Shown piece after piece: positions 53,365 to 64,000 of a stretch of DNA of 64,000 nucleotides. Source of the DNA: Eledone cirrhosa (lineage: Eukaryota); the NCBI GenBank assembly GCA_964016885.1, contig CAXHJY010001747.1, forward strand, positions 1-64,000, written 5' to 3'. Both the position numbers and the translations under genes were made by a program. Numbering within the stretch: position 1 is the stretch's first letter; every line of letters begins with the position of its first letter. The notes below the pieces were generated by a model. It was not told the origin of the DNA and ran no database searches. It saw nothing but the letters and a program-made list of their open reading frames with translations.

Positions 53365-54800
53365 GGTGTGGGTGGTACTGTTGGTGTTGGTGGTATTGTG
53401 GTGTTGGTGTTGGTGGTACTGTTGGTGTTGGTGGTATTGTTGGTGTTGGTGGTATTGTTGGTGTTGGTGGTACTGTTGGTGTTGGTGGTACTGTTGGTGT
53501 TGGTGGTATTGTTGGTGTTGGTGTTGGTGGAATTGTTGGTGTTGGTGGTATTGTTGGTGTTGGTGGTACTGTTGGTGTTGGTGGTACTGTTGGTGTGGGT
53601 GGTACTGTTGGTGTTGGTGGTATTGTTGGTGTTGGTGGTACTGTTGGTGTTGGTGGTATTGTTGGTGTTGGTGGTATTGTTGGTGTTGGTGGTATTATTG
53701 GTGTTGGTGGTATTGTTGGTGTTGGTGGTACTGTTGGTGTTGGTGGTATTGCTGGTGGTACTGCTGGTGTTGGTGGTACTGTTAGTGTTGGTGGTATTGT
53801 TGGTGTTGGTGGTACTGTTGGTGTTGGTGGTACTGTTGGTGTTGGTGGTACTGTTAGTTTTGGTGGTAGTGTTGGTGTTGGTGGTACTGTTGGTGTTGGT
53901 GGTACTGTTGGTGTTGGTGGTATTGTTGGTGTTGGTGGTATTGTTGGTGTTGGTGGTACTGTTGGTGTGGTGGTACTGTTGGTGTTGGTGGTACTGTTGG
54001 TGTTGGTGGTATTGTTGGTGTTGGCGGTACTGTTGGTGTTGGTGGTATTGTTGGTGTTGGTGGTATTGTTGGTGTTGGTGGTACTGTTGGTGTTGGTGGT
54101 ATTGTTGGTGTTGGTGGTATTGTTGGTGTTGGTGGTATTGTTTGTTTTGGTGGTATTGTTGGTGTTGGTGGTATTCTTGGTGTTGGCGTTGGTGGTTCTG
54201 TTGGTGTTGGTGGTATTGTTGGTGTTGGTGGTATTGTTGGTTTTGGTGGTATTGTTGGTGTTGGTGGTATTGTTGGTGTTGGTAGTATTGTTGGTGTTGG
54301 TGGTACTGTTGATGTTGGTGTTGGTGGTACTGTTGGTGTTGGTGGTATTGTTGGTGTTGGTGGTACTGTTAGTGTTGGTGGTATTGTTGGTGTTGGTGGT
54401 ATTGTTGGTGTTGGTGGTATCGTTGGTTTTGGTGGTATTGTTGGTGTTGGTGGTACTGTTGGTGTTGGTGGTACTGCTGGTGTTGGTGGTACTGTTGGTG
54501 TTCGTGGTACTGTTGGTGTTGGTGGTATTGTTGGTGTTGGTAGTATTGTTGGTTTTGGTGGTATTCTTGGTGTTGGTGTTGGTGGTTCTGTTGGTGTTGG
54601 TGGTATTGTTGGTGTTGGTGGTATTGTTGGTTTTGGTGGTATTGTTGGTGTTGGTGGTATTGTTGGTGTTGGTGGTATTGTTGGTTTTGGTGGTATTGTT
54701 GGTGTTGGTGGTATTGTTGGTGTTGTTGGTACTGTTAGTGTTGGTGGTATTGTTGGTGTTGTTGGTATCGTTGGTGTTGGTGGTACTGTTGGTGTTGGTG
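53365..54800. repeat. Higher-order block C, copy 3
   Basis: Same markers at 53399, 53752, 53968, 54141, 54187 and 54311. Offset from copy 2 is 25034-25040 for the later markers. Confidence 0.88.
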
Positions 54801-54879
54801 GTATTGTTGGTATTGGTGGTATTGTTGGTGTTGGTAGTATTGTTGGTGTTGGTGGTACTGTTGGTGTTGGTGGTATTGT

Positions 54880-55700
54880 TGGTGTTGGTGGTATTGTTGG
54901 TGTTGGTGTTGGTGGTACTGTTGTGGTTGGTGGTATTGTTGGTGTTGGTGGTATTGTTGGTGTTGGTGGTACTGTTGGTGTTGGTGGTACTGTTGGTGTT
55001 GGTGGTACTGTTGGTGTTGGTGGTATTGTTGGTGTTGGTAGTATTGTTGGTTTTGGTGGTATTGTTGGTGTTGGTGGTATTGTTGGTGTTGTTGGTATTG
55101 TTGGTGTTGGTGTTGGTGGTATTGTTGGTTTTGGTGGTATTGTTGGTGTTGGTGGTATTGTTGGTGTTGGTGGTACTGTTGGTGTTGGTGGTATTGTTGG
55201 TGTTGGTGGTATTGTTGGTGTTGGTGGTACTGTTGGTGTTGGTGGTACTGTTGGTGTTGGTGGTACTGTTGGTGTTGGTGGTATTGTTGGTGTTGGTGGT
55301 ATTGTTGGTGTTGGTGTTGGTGGTACTGTTGTGGTTGGTGGTATTGTTGGTGTTGGTGGTATTGTTGGTGTTGGTGGTACTGTTGGTGTTGGTGGTACTG
55401 TTGGTGTTGGTGGTACTGTTGGTGTTGGTGGTATTGTTGGTGTTGGTAGTATTGTTGGTTTTGGTGGTATTGTTGGTGTTGGTGGTATTGTTGGTGTTGT
55501 TGGTATTGTTGGTGTTGGTGTTGGTGGTATTGTTGGTTTTGGTGGTATTGTTGGTGTTGGTGGTATTGTTGGTGTTGGTGGTACTGTTGGTGTTGGTGGT
55601 ATTGTTGGTGTTGGTGGTATTGTTGGTGTTGGTGGTACTGTTGGTGTTGGTGGTACTGTTGGTGTTGGTGGTACTGTTGGTGTTGGTGGTATTGTTGGTG
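54880..55700. repeat. Local 408-bp direct duplication
   Basis: GTTGTGGTTGG at 54923/55331 and AGTATT at 55040/55448, both offset by 408. Confidence 0.8.
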
Positions 55701-57049
55701 TTGGTGGTATTGTTGGTGTTGGTGGTATTGTTGGTGTTGGTGGTATTGTTGGTGTTGGTGGTATTGTTGGTGTTGGTGGTATTGTTGGTGTTGGTGGTAT
55801 TGTTGGTGTTGGTGGTATTGTTGGTGTTGGTGGTATTGTTGGTGTTGGTGGTATTGTTGGTGTTGGTGGTATTGTTGGTGTTGGTGGTATTGTTGGTGTT
55901 GGTGGTATTGTTGGTGTTGGTGGTATTGTTGGTGTTGGTGGTACTGTTGGTGTTGGTGGTACTGTTGGTGTTGGTGGTATTGTTGGTGTTGGTGGTATTG
56001 TTGGTGTTGGTGGTATTGTTGGTGTTGGTGGTATTGTTGGTGTTGGTGGTATTGTTGGTGTTGGTGGTATTGTTGGTGTTGGTGGTATTGTTGGTGTTGG
56101 TGGTATTGTTGGTGTTGGTGGTACTGTTGGTGTTGGTGGTATTGTTGGTGTTGGTGGTACTATTGGTGTTGGTGGTATTGTTGGTGTTGTTGGTATTGTT
56201 GGTGTTGGTGGTATTGTTGGTGTTGGTGGTATTGTTGGTGTTGGTGGTATTGTTGGTGTTGGTGGTACTGTTGGTGTTGGTGGTATTGTTGGTGTTGGTG
56301 GTATTGTTGGTGTTGGTGGTATTGTTGGTGTTGGTGGTATTGTTGGTGTTGGTTTTGTTGGTATTGTTGGTGTTGGTGGTACTGTTGGTGTTGGTGGTAT
56401 TGTTGGTGTTGGTGGTATTGTTGGTGTTGGTGGTATTGTTGGTGTTGGTGGTATTGTTGGTGTTGGTGGTATTGTTGGTGTTGGTGGTACTGTTGGTGTT
56501 GGTGGTATTGTTGGTGTTGGTGTTACGGTTGGTGTTGGTGGTATTGTTGGTGTTGGTGGTATTGTTGGTGTTGGTGGTATTGTTGGTGTTGGTGGTACTG
56601 TTGGTGTTGGTGTTACGGTTGGTGTTGGTGGTATTGTTGGTGTTGGTGGTATTGTTGGTGTTGGTGGTATTGTTGGTGTTGGTGGTACTGTTGGTGTTGG
56701 TGGTACTGTTGGTGTTGGTGGTATTGTTGGTGTTGGTGGTATTGTTGGTGTTGGTGGTATTGTTGGTGTTGGTGGTATTGTTGGTGTTGGTGGTATTGTT
56801 GGTGTTGGTGGTACTGTTGGTGTTGGTGGTACTGTTGGTGTTGGTGGTATTGTTGGTGTTGGTGGTATTGTTGGTGTTGTTGGTATTGTTGGTGTTGGTG
56901 GTATTGTTGGTGTTGGTGGTACTGTTGGTGTTGGTGGTATTGTTGGTGTTGGTGGTACTGTTGGTGTTGGTGGTATTGTTGGTGTTGGTGGTATAGTTGG
57001 TGTTGGTGGTATTGTTGGTGTTGGTGGTACTGTTGGTGTTGGTGGTATT

Positions 57050-60000
57050 GTTGGTGTGGGTGGTACTGTTGGTGTTGGTGGTATTGTGGTGTTGGTGTTG
57101 GTGGTACTGTTGGTGTTGGTGGTATTGTTGGTGTTGGTGGTATTGTTGGTGTTGGTGGTACTGTTGGTGTTGGTGGTACTGTTGGTGTTGGTGGTATTGT
57201 TGCTGTGGGTGGTACTGTTGGTGTTGGTGGTATTGTTGGTGTTGGTGGTACTGTTGGTGTTGGTGGTATTGTTGGTGTTGGTGGTATTGTTGGTGTTGGT
57301 GGTATTATTGGTGTTGGTGGTATTGTTGGTGTTGGTGGTACTGTTGGTGTTGGTGGTATTGTTGGTGGTACTGTTGGTGTTGGTGGTATTGTTGGTGTTG
57401 GTGGTATTGTTGATGTTGGTGGTACTGTTGGTGTTGGTGGTACTGTTGGTGTTGGTGGTATTGTTGGTGTTGGTGGTATTGTTGGTGTTGGTGGTACTGT
57501 TGGTGTTGGTGGTACTGTTGGTGTTGGTGGTATTGTTGGTGGTACTGCTGGTGTTGGTGGTACTGTTAGTGTTGGTGGTATTGTTGGTGTTGGTGGTACT
57601 GTTGGTGTTGGTGGTACTGTTGGTGTTGGTGGTACTGTTAGTGTTGGTGGTATTGTTGGTGTTGGTGGTACTGTTGGTGTTGGTGGTACTGTTGGTGTTG
57701 GTGGTATTGTTGGTGTTAGTGGTATTGTTGGTGTTGGTGGTACTGTTGGTGTTGGTGGTACTGTTGGTGTTGGTGGTACTGTTAGTGTTGGTGGTATTGT
57801 TGGTGTTGGTGGTACTGTTGGTGTTGGTGGTATTGTTGGTGTTGGTGGTACTGTTGGTGTTGGTGGTATTGTTGGTGTTGGTGGTACTGTTGGTGTTGGT
57901 GGTATTGTTGGTGTTGGTGGTATTGTTGGTGTTGGTGGTATTGTTGGTGTTGGTGGTACTGTTGGTGTTGGTGGAACTGTTGGTGTTGGTGGTACTGTTG
58001 GTGTTGGTGGTATTGTTGGTGTTGGTGGTACTGTTGGTGTTGGTGGTACTGTTGGTGTTGGTGGTATTGTTGGTGTTGGTGGTACTGTTGGTGTTGTTGG
58101 TATTGTTGGTAGTATTGTTGGTGTTGGTGGTATTGTTGGTTTTGGTGGTATTGTTGGTGTTGGTGGTATTGTTGGTTTTGGTGGTATTGTTGCTGTTGGT
58201 GGTACTGTTGGTGTTGGTGGTACTGTTGGTGTTGGTGGTATTGTTGGTGTTGGTGGTACTGTTGGTGTTGGTGGTATTGTTGGTGTTGGCGGTATTGTTG
58301 GTGTTGGTGTTGGTGGTACTGTTGGTGTTGGTGGTATTGTTGGTGTTGGTGGTACTGTTGGTGTTGGTGGTACTGTTGGTGTTGGTGGTATTGTTGGTGT
58401 TGGTGGTACTGTTGGTGTTGGTGGTATTGTTGGTTTTGGTGGTACTGTTGGTGTTGGTGGTACTGTTGGTGTTGGTGGTATTGTTGGTGTTGGTGGTATT
58501 GTTGGTGTTGGTGGTACTGTTGGTGTTGGTGGTATTGTTGGTGTTGGTGGTATTGTTGGTGTTGGTGGTATTGTTGGTGTTGGTGGTATTGTTGGTGTTG
58601 GTGGTACTGTTGGTGTTGGTGGTATTGTTGGTGTTGGTGGTACTGTTGGTGTTGGTGGTATTGTTGGTGTTGGTGGTATTGTTGGTGTTGGTGGTACTGT
58701 TGGTGTTGGTGGTATTGTTGGTGTTGGTGGTACTGTTGGTGTTGGTGGTATTGTTGGTTTTGGTGGTGCTGTTGGTGTTGGTGGTATTGTTGGTGTTGGT
58801 GGTATTGTTGGTGTTGGTGGTACTGTTGGTGTTGGTGGTATTGTTGGTGTTGGTGGTATTGTTGGTGTTGGTGGTATTGTTGGTGTTGGTGGTATTGTTG
58901 GTGTTGGTGGTACTGTTGGTGTTGGTGGTATTGTTGGTGTTGGTGGTACTGTTGGTGTTGGTGGTATTTTTGGTGTTGGTGGTATTGTTGGTGTTGGTGG
59001 TACTGTTGGTGTTGGTGGTATTGTTGGTGTTGGTGGTACTGTTGGTGTTGGTGGTACTGTTGGTGTTGGTGGTATTGTTGGTGTTGGTGGTATTGTTGGT
59101 GTTGGTGGTACTGTTGGTTTTGGTGGTACTGTTGGTGTTGGTGGTATTGTTGGTGTTGGTGGTATTGTTGGTGTTGGTGGTACTGTTGGTTTTGGTGGTA
59201 CTGTTGGTGTTGGTGGTATTGTTGGTGTTGGTGGTATTGTTGGTGTTGGTGGTACTGTTGGTGTTGGTGGTATTGTTGGTGTTGGTGGTATTGTTGGTGT
59301 TGGTGGTATTGTTGGTGTTGGTGGTATTGTTGGTGTTGGTGGTACTGTTGGTGTTGGTGGTATTGTTGGTGTTGGCGGTATTGTTGGTGTTGGTGTTGGT
59401 GGTACTGTTGGTGTTGGTGGTATTGTTGGTGTTGGTGGTACTGTTGGTGTTGGTGGTATTGTTGGTGTTGGTGTTGGTGGTATTGTTGGTTTTGGTGGTA
59501 TTGTTGGTGTTGGTGGTATTGTTGGTGTTGGTGGTATTGTTGGTGTTGGTGGTATTGTTGGTGTTGGTGGTATTGTTGGTGTTGGTGGTATTGTTGGTGT
59601 TGGTGGTATTGTTGGTGTTGGTGGTATTGTTGGTGTTGGTGGTATTGTTGGTGTTGGTGGTACTGTTGGTATTGGTGGTATTGTTGGTGTTGGTGGTATT
59701 CTTGGTGTTGGTGTTGGTGGTTCTGTTGGTGTTGGTGGTATTGTTGGTGTTGGTGGTATTGTTGGTGTTGGTGGTATTGTTGGTGTTGGTGGTATTGTTG
59801 GTGTTGGTGGTATTGTTGGTGTTGGTGGTATTGTTGGTGTTGGTGGTATTGTTGGTGTTGGTGGTATTGTTGGTGTTGGCGGTATTGTTGGTGTTGGTGT
59901 TGGTGGTATTGTTGGTTTTGGTGGTATTGTTGGTGTTGGTGGTATTGATGGTGTTGGTGGTATTGTTGGTGTTGGTGGTATTGTTGGTGTTGGTGGTACT

Positions 60001-63000
60001 GTTGGTGTTGGTGGTATTGTTGGTGTTGGTGGTATTCTTGGTGTTGGTGTTGGTGGTATTGTTGGTTTTGGTGGTATTGATGGTGTTGGTGGTACTGTTG
60101 GTGTTGGTGGTATTGTTGGTGTTGGTGGTACTGTTGGTGTTGGTGGTATTGTTGGTGTTGGTGGTATTGTTGGTTTTGGTGGTATTGTTGGTGTTGGTGG
60201 TACTGTTGGTGTTGGTGTTGGTGGTACTGTTGGTGTTGGTGGTATTGTTGGTGTTGGTGGTACTGTTAGTGTTGGTGGTATTGTTGGTGTTGGTGGTATT
60301 GTTGGTGTTGGTGGTATTGTTGGTGTTGGTGGTATCGTTGGTTTTGGTGGTACTGTTGGTGTTGGTGGTACTGTTGGTGTTGGTGGTACTGTTGGTGTTG
60401 GTGGTATTGTTGGTGTTGGTGGTATTGTTGGTGTTGGTGGTACTGTTGGTGTTGGTGGTACTGTTAGTGTTGGTGGTATTGTTGGTGTTGGTGGTATTGT
60501 TGGTGTTGGTGGTACTGTTGGTGTTGGTGGTACTGTTGGTGTTGGTGGTACTGTTGGTGTTGGTGGTACTGTTGGTGTTGGTGGTATTGTTGGTGTTGGT
60601 AGTATTGTTGGTTTTGGTGGTATTCTTGGTGTTGGTGTTGGTGGTTCTGTTGGTGTTGGTGGTATTGTTGGTGTTGGTGGTATTGTTGGTGTTGGTGGTA
60701 TTGTTGGTGTTGGTGGTACTGTTAGTGTTGGTGGTATTGTTGGTGTTGGTGGTATTGTTGGTGTTGGTGGTATTGTTGGTGTTGGTAGTATTGTTGGTGT
60801 TGGTGGTACTGTTGGTGTTGGTGTTGGTGGTATTGTTGGTGTTGGTGGTATTGTTGGTGTTGGTGGTATTGTTGGTGTTGGTGGTACTGTTAGTGTTGGT
60901 GGTATTGTTGGTGTTGGTGGTATTGTTGGTGTTGGTGGTATTGTTGGTGTTGGTGGTACTGTTAGTGTTGGTGGTATTGTTGGTGTTGGTGGTATTGTTG
61001 GTGTTGGTGGTATTGTTGGTGTTGGTGGTATCGTTGGTTTTGGTGGTATTGTTGGTGTTGGTGGTATTGTTGGTGTTGGTGGTACTGTTGGTGTTGGTGG
61101 TATTGTTGGTGTTGGTGGTATTGTTGGTGTTGGTGGTATTGTTGGTGGTATTGTTGGTGTTGGTGGTATTGTTGGTGTTGGTGGTATTGTTGGTGTTGGT
61201 GGTACTGTTAGTATTGGTGGTATTGTTGGTGTTGGTGGTATTGTTGGTGTTGGTGGTATTGTTGGTGTTGGTGGTATCGTTGGTTTTGGTGGTATTGTTG
61301 GTGTTGGTGGTACTGTTGGTGTTGGTGGTACTGTTGGTGTTGGTGGTACTGTTGGTGTTGGTGGTACTGTTGGTGTTGGTGGTATTGTTGGTGTTGGTGG
61401 TATTGTTGGTGTTGGTGGTACTGTTGGTGTTGGTGGTATTGTTGGTGTTGGTGGTACTGTTGGTGTTGGTGGTATTGTTGGTGTTGGTGGTACTGTTGGT
61501 GTTGGTGGTACTGTTGGTGTTGGTGGTACTGTTGGTGTTGGTGGTACTGTTGGTGTTGGTGGTATTGTTGGTGTTGGTGGTACTGTTGGTTTTGGTGGTA
61601 TTGTTGGTGTTGGTGGTATTGTTGGTGTTGGTGGTACTGTTGGTGTTGGTGGTATTGTTGGTGTTGCTGGTACTGTTGGTGTTGGTGGTATTGTTGGTGT
61701 TGGTGGTACTGTTGGTGTTGGTGGTATTGTTGGTGTTGGTGTTGGTGGTATTGTTGGTTTTGGTGGTACTGTTGGTGTTGGTGGTATTGTTGGTGTTGGT
61801 GGTACTGTTGGTTTTGGTGGTATTGTTGGTGTTGGTGGTACTGTTGGTGTTGGTGGTACTGTTGGTGTTGGTGGTACTGTTGGTGTTGGTGGTATTGTTG
61901 GTGTTGGTGGTATTGTTGGTGTTGGTGGTACTGTTGGTGTTGGTGGTATTGTTGGTGTTGGTGGTACTGTTGGTGTTGGTGGTACTGTTGGTGTTGGTGG
62001 TATTGTTGGTGTTGGTGGTATTGTTGGTGTTGGTGGTACTGTTGGTGTTGGTGGTATTGTTGGTGTTGGTGGTACTGTTGGTGTTGGTGGTATTGTTGGT
62101 GTTGGTGGTACTGTTGGTGTTGGTGGTACTGTTGGTGTTGGTGGTACTGTTGGTGTTGGTGGTACTGTTGGTGTTGGTGGTACTGTTGGTGTTGGTGGTA
62201 TTGTTGGTGTTGGTGGTATTGTTGGTGTTGGTGGTACTGTTGGTGTTTGTGGTATTGTTGGTGTTGGTGGTACTGTTGGTGTTGGTGGTATTGTTGGTGT
62301 TGGTGGTACTGTTGGTGTTGGTGGTATTGTTGGTGTTGGTGTTGGTGGTATTGTTGGTTTTGGTGGTATTGTTGGTGTTGGTGTTGGTGGTATTGTTGGT
62401 GTTGGTGGTATTGTTGGTGTTGGTGGTATTGTTGGTGTTGGTGGTATTGTTGGTGTTGGTGGTACTGTTGGTGTTGGTGGTATTGTTGGTGTTGGTGGTA
62501 TTGTTGGTGTTGGTGGTACTGTTGGTGTTGGTGGTATTGTTGGTGTTGGTGGTATTGTTGGTGTTGGTGGTATTGTTGGTTTTGGTGGTATTGTTGGTGT
62601 TGGTGGTATTGTTGGTGTTGGTGGTATTGTTGGTGTTGGTGGTATTGTTGGTGTTGGTGGTACTGTTGGTGTTGGTGGTATTGTTGGTGTTGGTGGTATT
62701 GTTGGTTTTGGTGGTATTGTTGGTGTTGGTGGTATTGTTGGTGTTGTTGGTATTGTTGGTGTTGGTGGTACTGTTGGTGTTGTTGGTACTGCTGGTGTTG
62801 GTGGTATTGTTGGTATTGGTGGTATCGTTGGTTTTGGTGGTATTGTTGGTGTTTGTGGTACTGTTGGTGTTGGTGGTACTGTTGGTGTTGGTGGTATTGT
62901 TGGTGTTGGTGGTACTGTTGGTGTTGGTGGTACTGTTGGTGTTGGTGGTATTGTTGGTGTTGGTGGTATTGTTGGTGTTGGTGGTATTGTTGGTGTTGGT

Positions 63001-64000
63001 GGTACTGTTGGTGTTGGTGGTACTGTTGGTGTTGGTGGTATTGTTGGTGTTGGTGGTATTGTTGGTGTTGGTGGTATTGTTGGTGTTGTTGGTATTGTTG
63101 GTGTTGGTGGTACTGTTGGTGTTGGTAGTATTGTTGGTGTTGGTGGTATTGTTGGTGTTGTTGGTATTGTTGGTGTTGGTGGTATTGTTGGTGTTGGTGG
63201 TATTGTTGGTGTTGGTGGTATTGTTGGTGTTGTTGGTATTGTTGGTGTTGGTGGTACTGTTGGTGTGGGTGGTACTGTTGGTGTTGGTGGTATTGTTGGT
63301 GTTGGTGGTATTGTTGGTGTTGGTGGTACTGTTGGTGCTGGTGGTATTGTTGGTGTTGGTGGTATTGTTGGTGTTGGTGGTACTGTTGGTGCTGGTGGTA
63401 TTGTTGGTGTTGGTGGTATTGTTGGTGTTGGTGGTACTGTTGGTGTTGGTGGTATTGTTGGTGTTGGTGGTATTGTTGGTGTTGGTGGTATTGTTGGTGT
63501 TGGTGGTATTGTTGGTGTTGGTGGTACTGTTGGTGTGGGTGGTACTGTTGGTGTTGGTGGTACTGTTGGTGTTGGTGGTATTGTTGGTGTTGGTGGTATT
63601 GTTGGTGTTGGTGGTATTGTTGGTGTTGGTGGTATTGTTGGTGTTGGTGGTATTGTTGGTGTTGGTGGTACTGTTGGTGTGGGTGGTACTGTTGGTGTTG
63701 GTGGTACTGTTGGTGTTGGTGGTATTGTTGGTGTTGGTGGTATTGTTGGTGTTGGTGGTATTGTTGGTGTTGGTGGTATTGTTGGTGTTGGTGGTATTGT
63801 TGGTGTTGGTGGTATTGTTGGTGTTGGTGGTACTGTTGGTGTTGGTGGTATTGTTGGTGTTGGTGGTATTGTTGGTGTTGGTGCTGGTGGTATTGTTGGT
63901 TTTGGTGGTATTGTTGGTGTTGGTGGTATTGTTGGTGTTGGTGGTATTGTTGGTGTTGGTGGTATTGTTGGTGTTGGTGGTACTGTTGGTGTTGGTGGTA
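57050..64000. repeat. Higher-order block C', copy 2 (internally expanded)
   Basis: Offset is 22202 for GTTAGTGG (57718), GGAACT (57975) and GGTGCTGTT (58768). It grows to ~22520 (GATGG 59948), 24032 (AGT ~63127) and ~24410 (GGTGCTGG 63884). Confidence 0.85.

Larger units (their letters stand above)
1..64000. repeat. Very long 18-bp tandem array (minisatellite/satellite), consensus GGTGGTA[T/C]TGTTGGTGTT, G/T-rich on the + strand, open at both window ends
   Basis: Seen directly: every line consists of this unit or of point variants, 24-bp variants (extra GGTGTT) or 12-bp variants (GGTGTT missing). No inversion or unique insertion was found. Confidence 0.99.

Noticed and set aside
12300-57100. 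Recurrent -1 deletions as programmed frameshift or phase-variation sites
   Set aside because: There is no slippery heptamer, long homopolymer or stimulatory structure. Passive copying within duplicated blocks explains them fully.
2-63128. Giant + strand ORFs (LVVLLV, WCWWYC and GGIVGV repeats)
   Set aside because: They are automatic consequences of a stop-free 18-bp unit. Their starts are mostly GTG/TTG inside the repeat, they switch peptide pattern at indels, and poly-Leu/Val or Trp/Cys products of thousands of residues are implausible.
1-64000. CRISPR array or other repeat-spacer system
   Set aside because: Units are directly adjacent with no unique spacers, leader or cas genes.
1-64000. 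Telomerase-synthesised telomeric tract (G/T-rich strand bias)
   Set aside because: The unit is not a telomere motif I recognise, no chromosome end is visible, and kb-scale inherited variant blocks indicate recombinational amplification rather than templated addition. A subtelomeric location cannot be excluded.
1-64000. Mobile element, LTRs, or a cassette-based antigenic-variation/diversity-generating system behind the long direct repeats
   Set aside because: There is no transposase, reverse transcriptase, recombinase, terminal repeat or target-site duplication. The long repeats consist solely of the same 18-mer.
1-64000. Synthetic or information-encoding DNA (T/C binary pattern)
   Set aside because: There is no framing, adapter or index structure. 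The nested duplications with drifting offsets look like natural tandem-repeat turnover.

Overview
The whole 64 kb window is one uninterrupted, single-orientation tandem array of an 18-bp unit, consensus GGTGGTAYTGTTGGTGTT (reverse complement AACACCAACARTACCACC). That is roughly 3,500 units (64000/18), and the array runs off both ends. I see no unique sequence, recognisable gene, RNA gene, mobile element or CRISPR spacer. The huge ORFs in the track follow from a unit length divisible by 3 with no stop codon in any frame. The real information lies in rare variant units, which show nested duplications: 90 bp, 0.3-0.5 kb, 2.3-4 kb and a degenerate 16-25 kb super-repeat. The minus strand reads as mucin/extensin-like (PPTPT[I/V])n. 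However, single-base deletions copied between homologous blocks, one in-frame TAA and near-invariant wobble positions favour a non-coding (or decayed) satellite. A 4.3 kb stretch (48.1-52.4 kb) is indel-rich and probably poorly polished. The sequence alone does not support a new biological system, and the source organism cannot be determined. Coordinates were read by eye and block boundaries are approximate.
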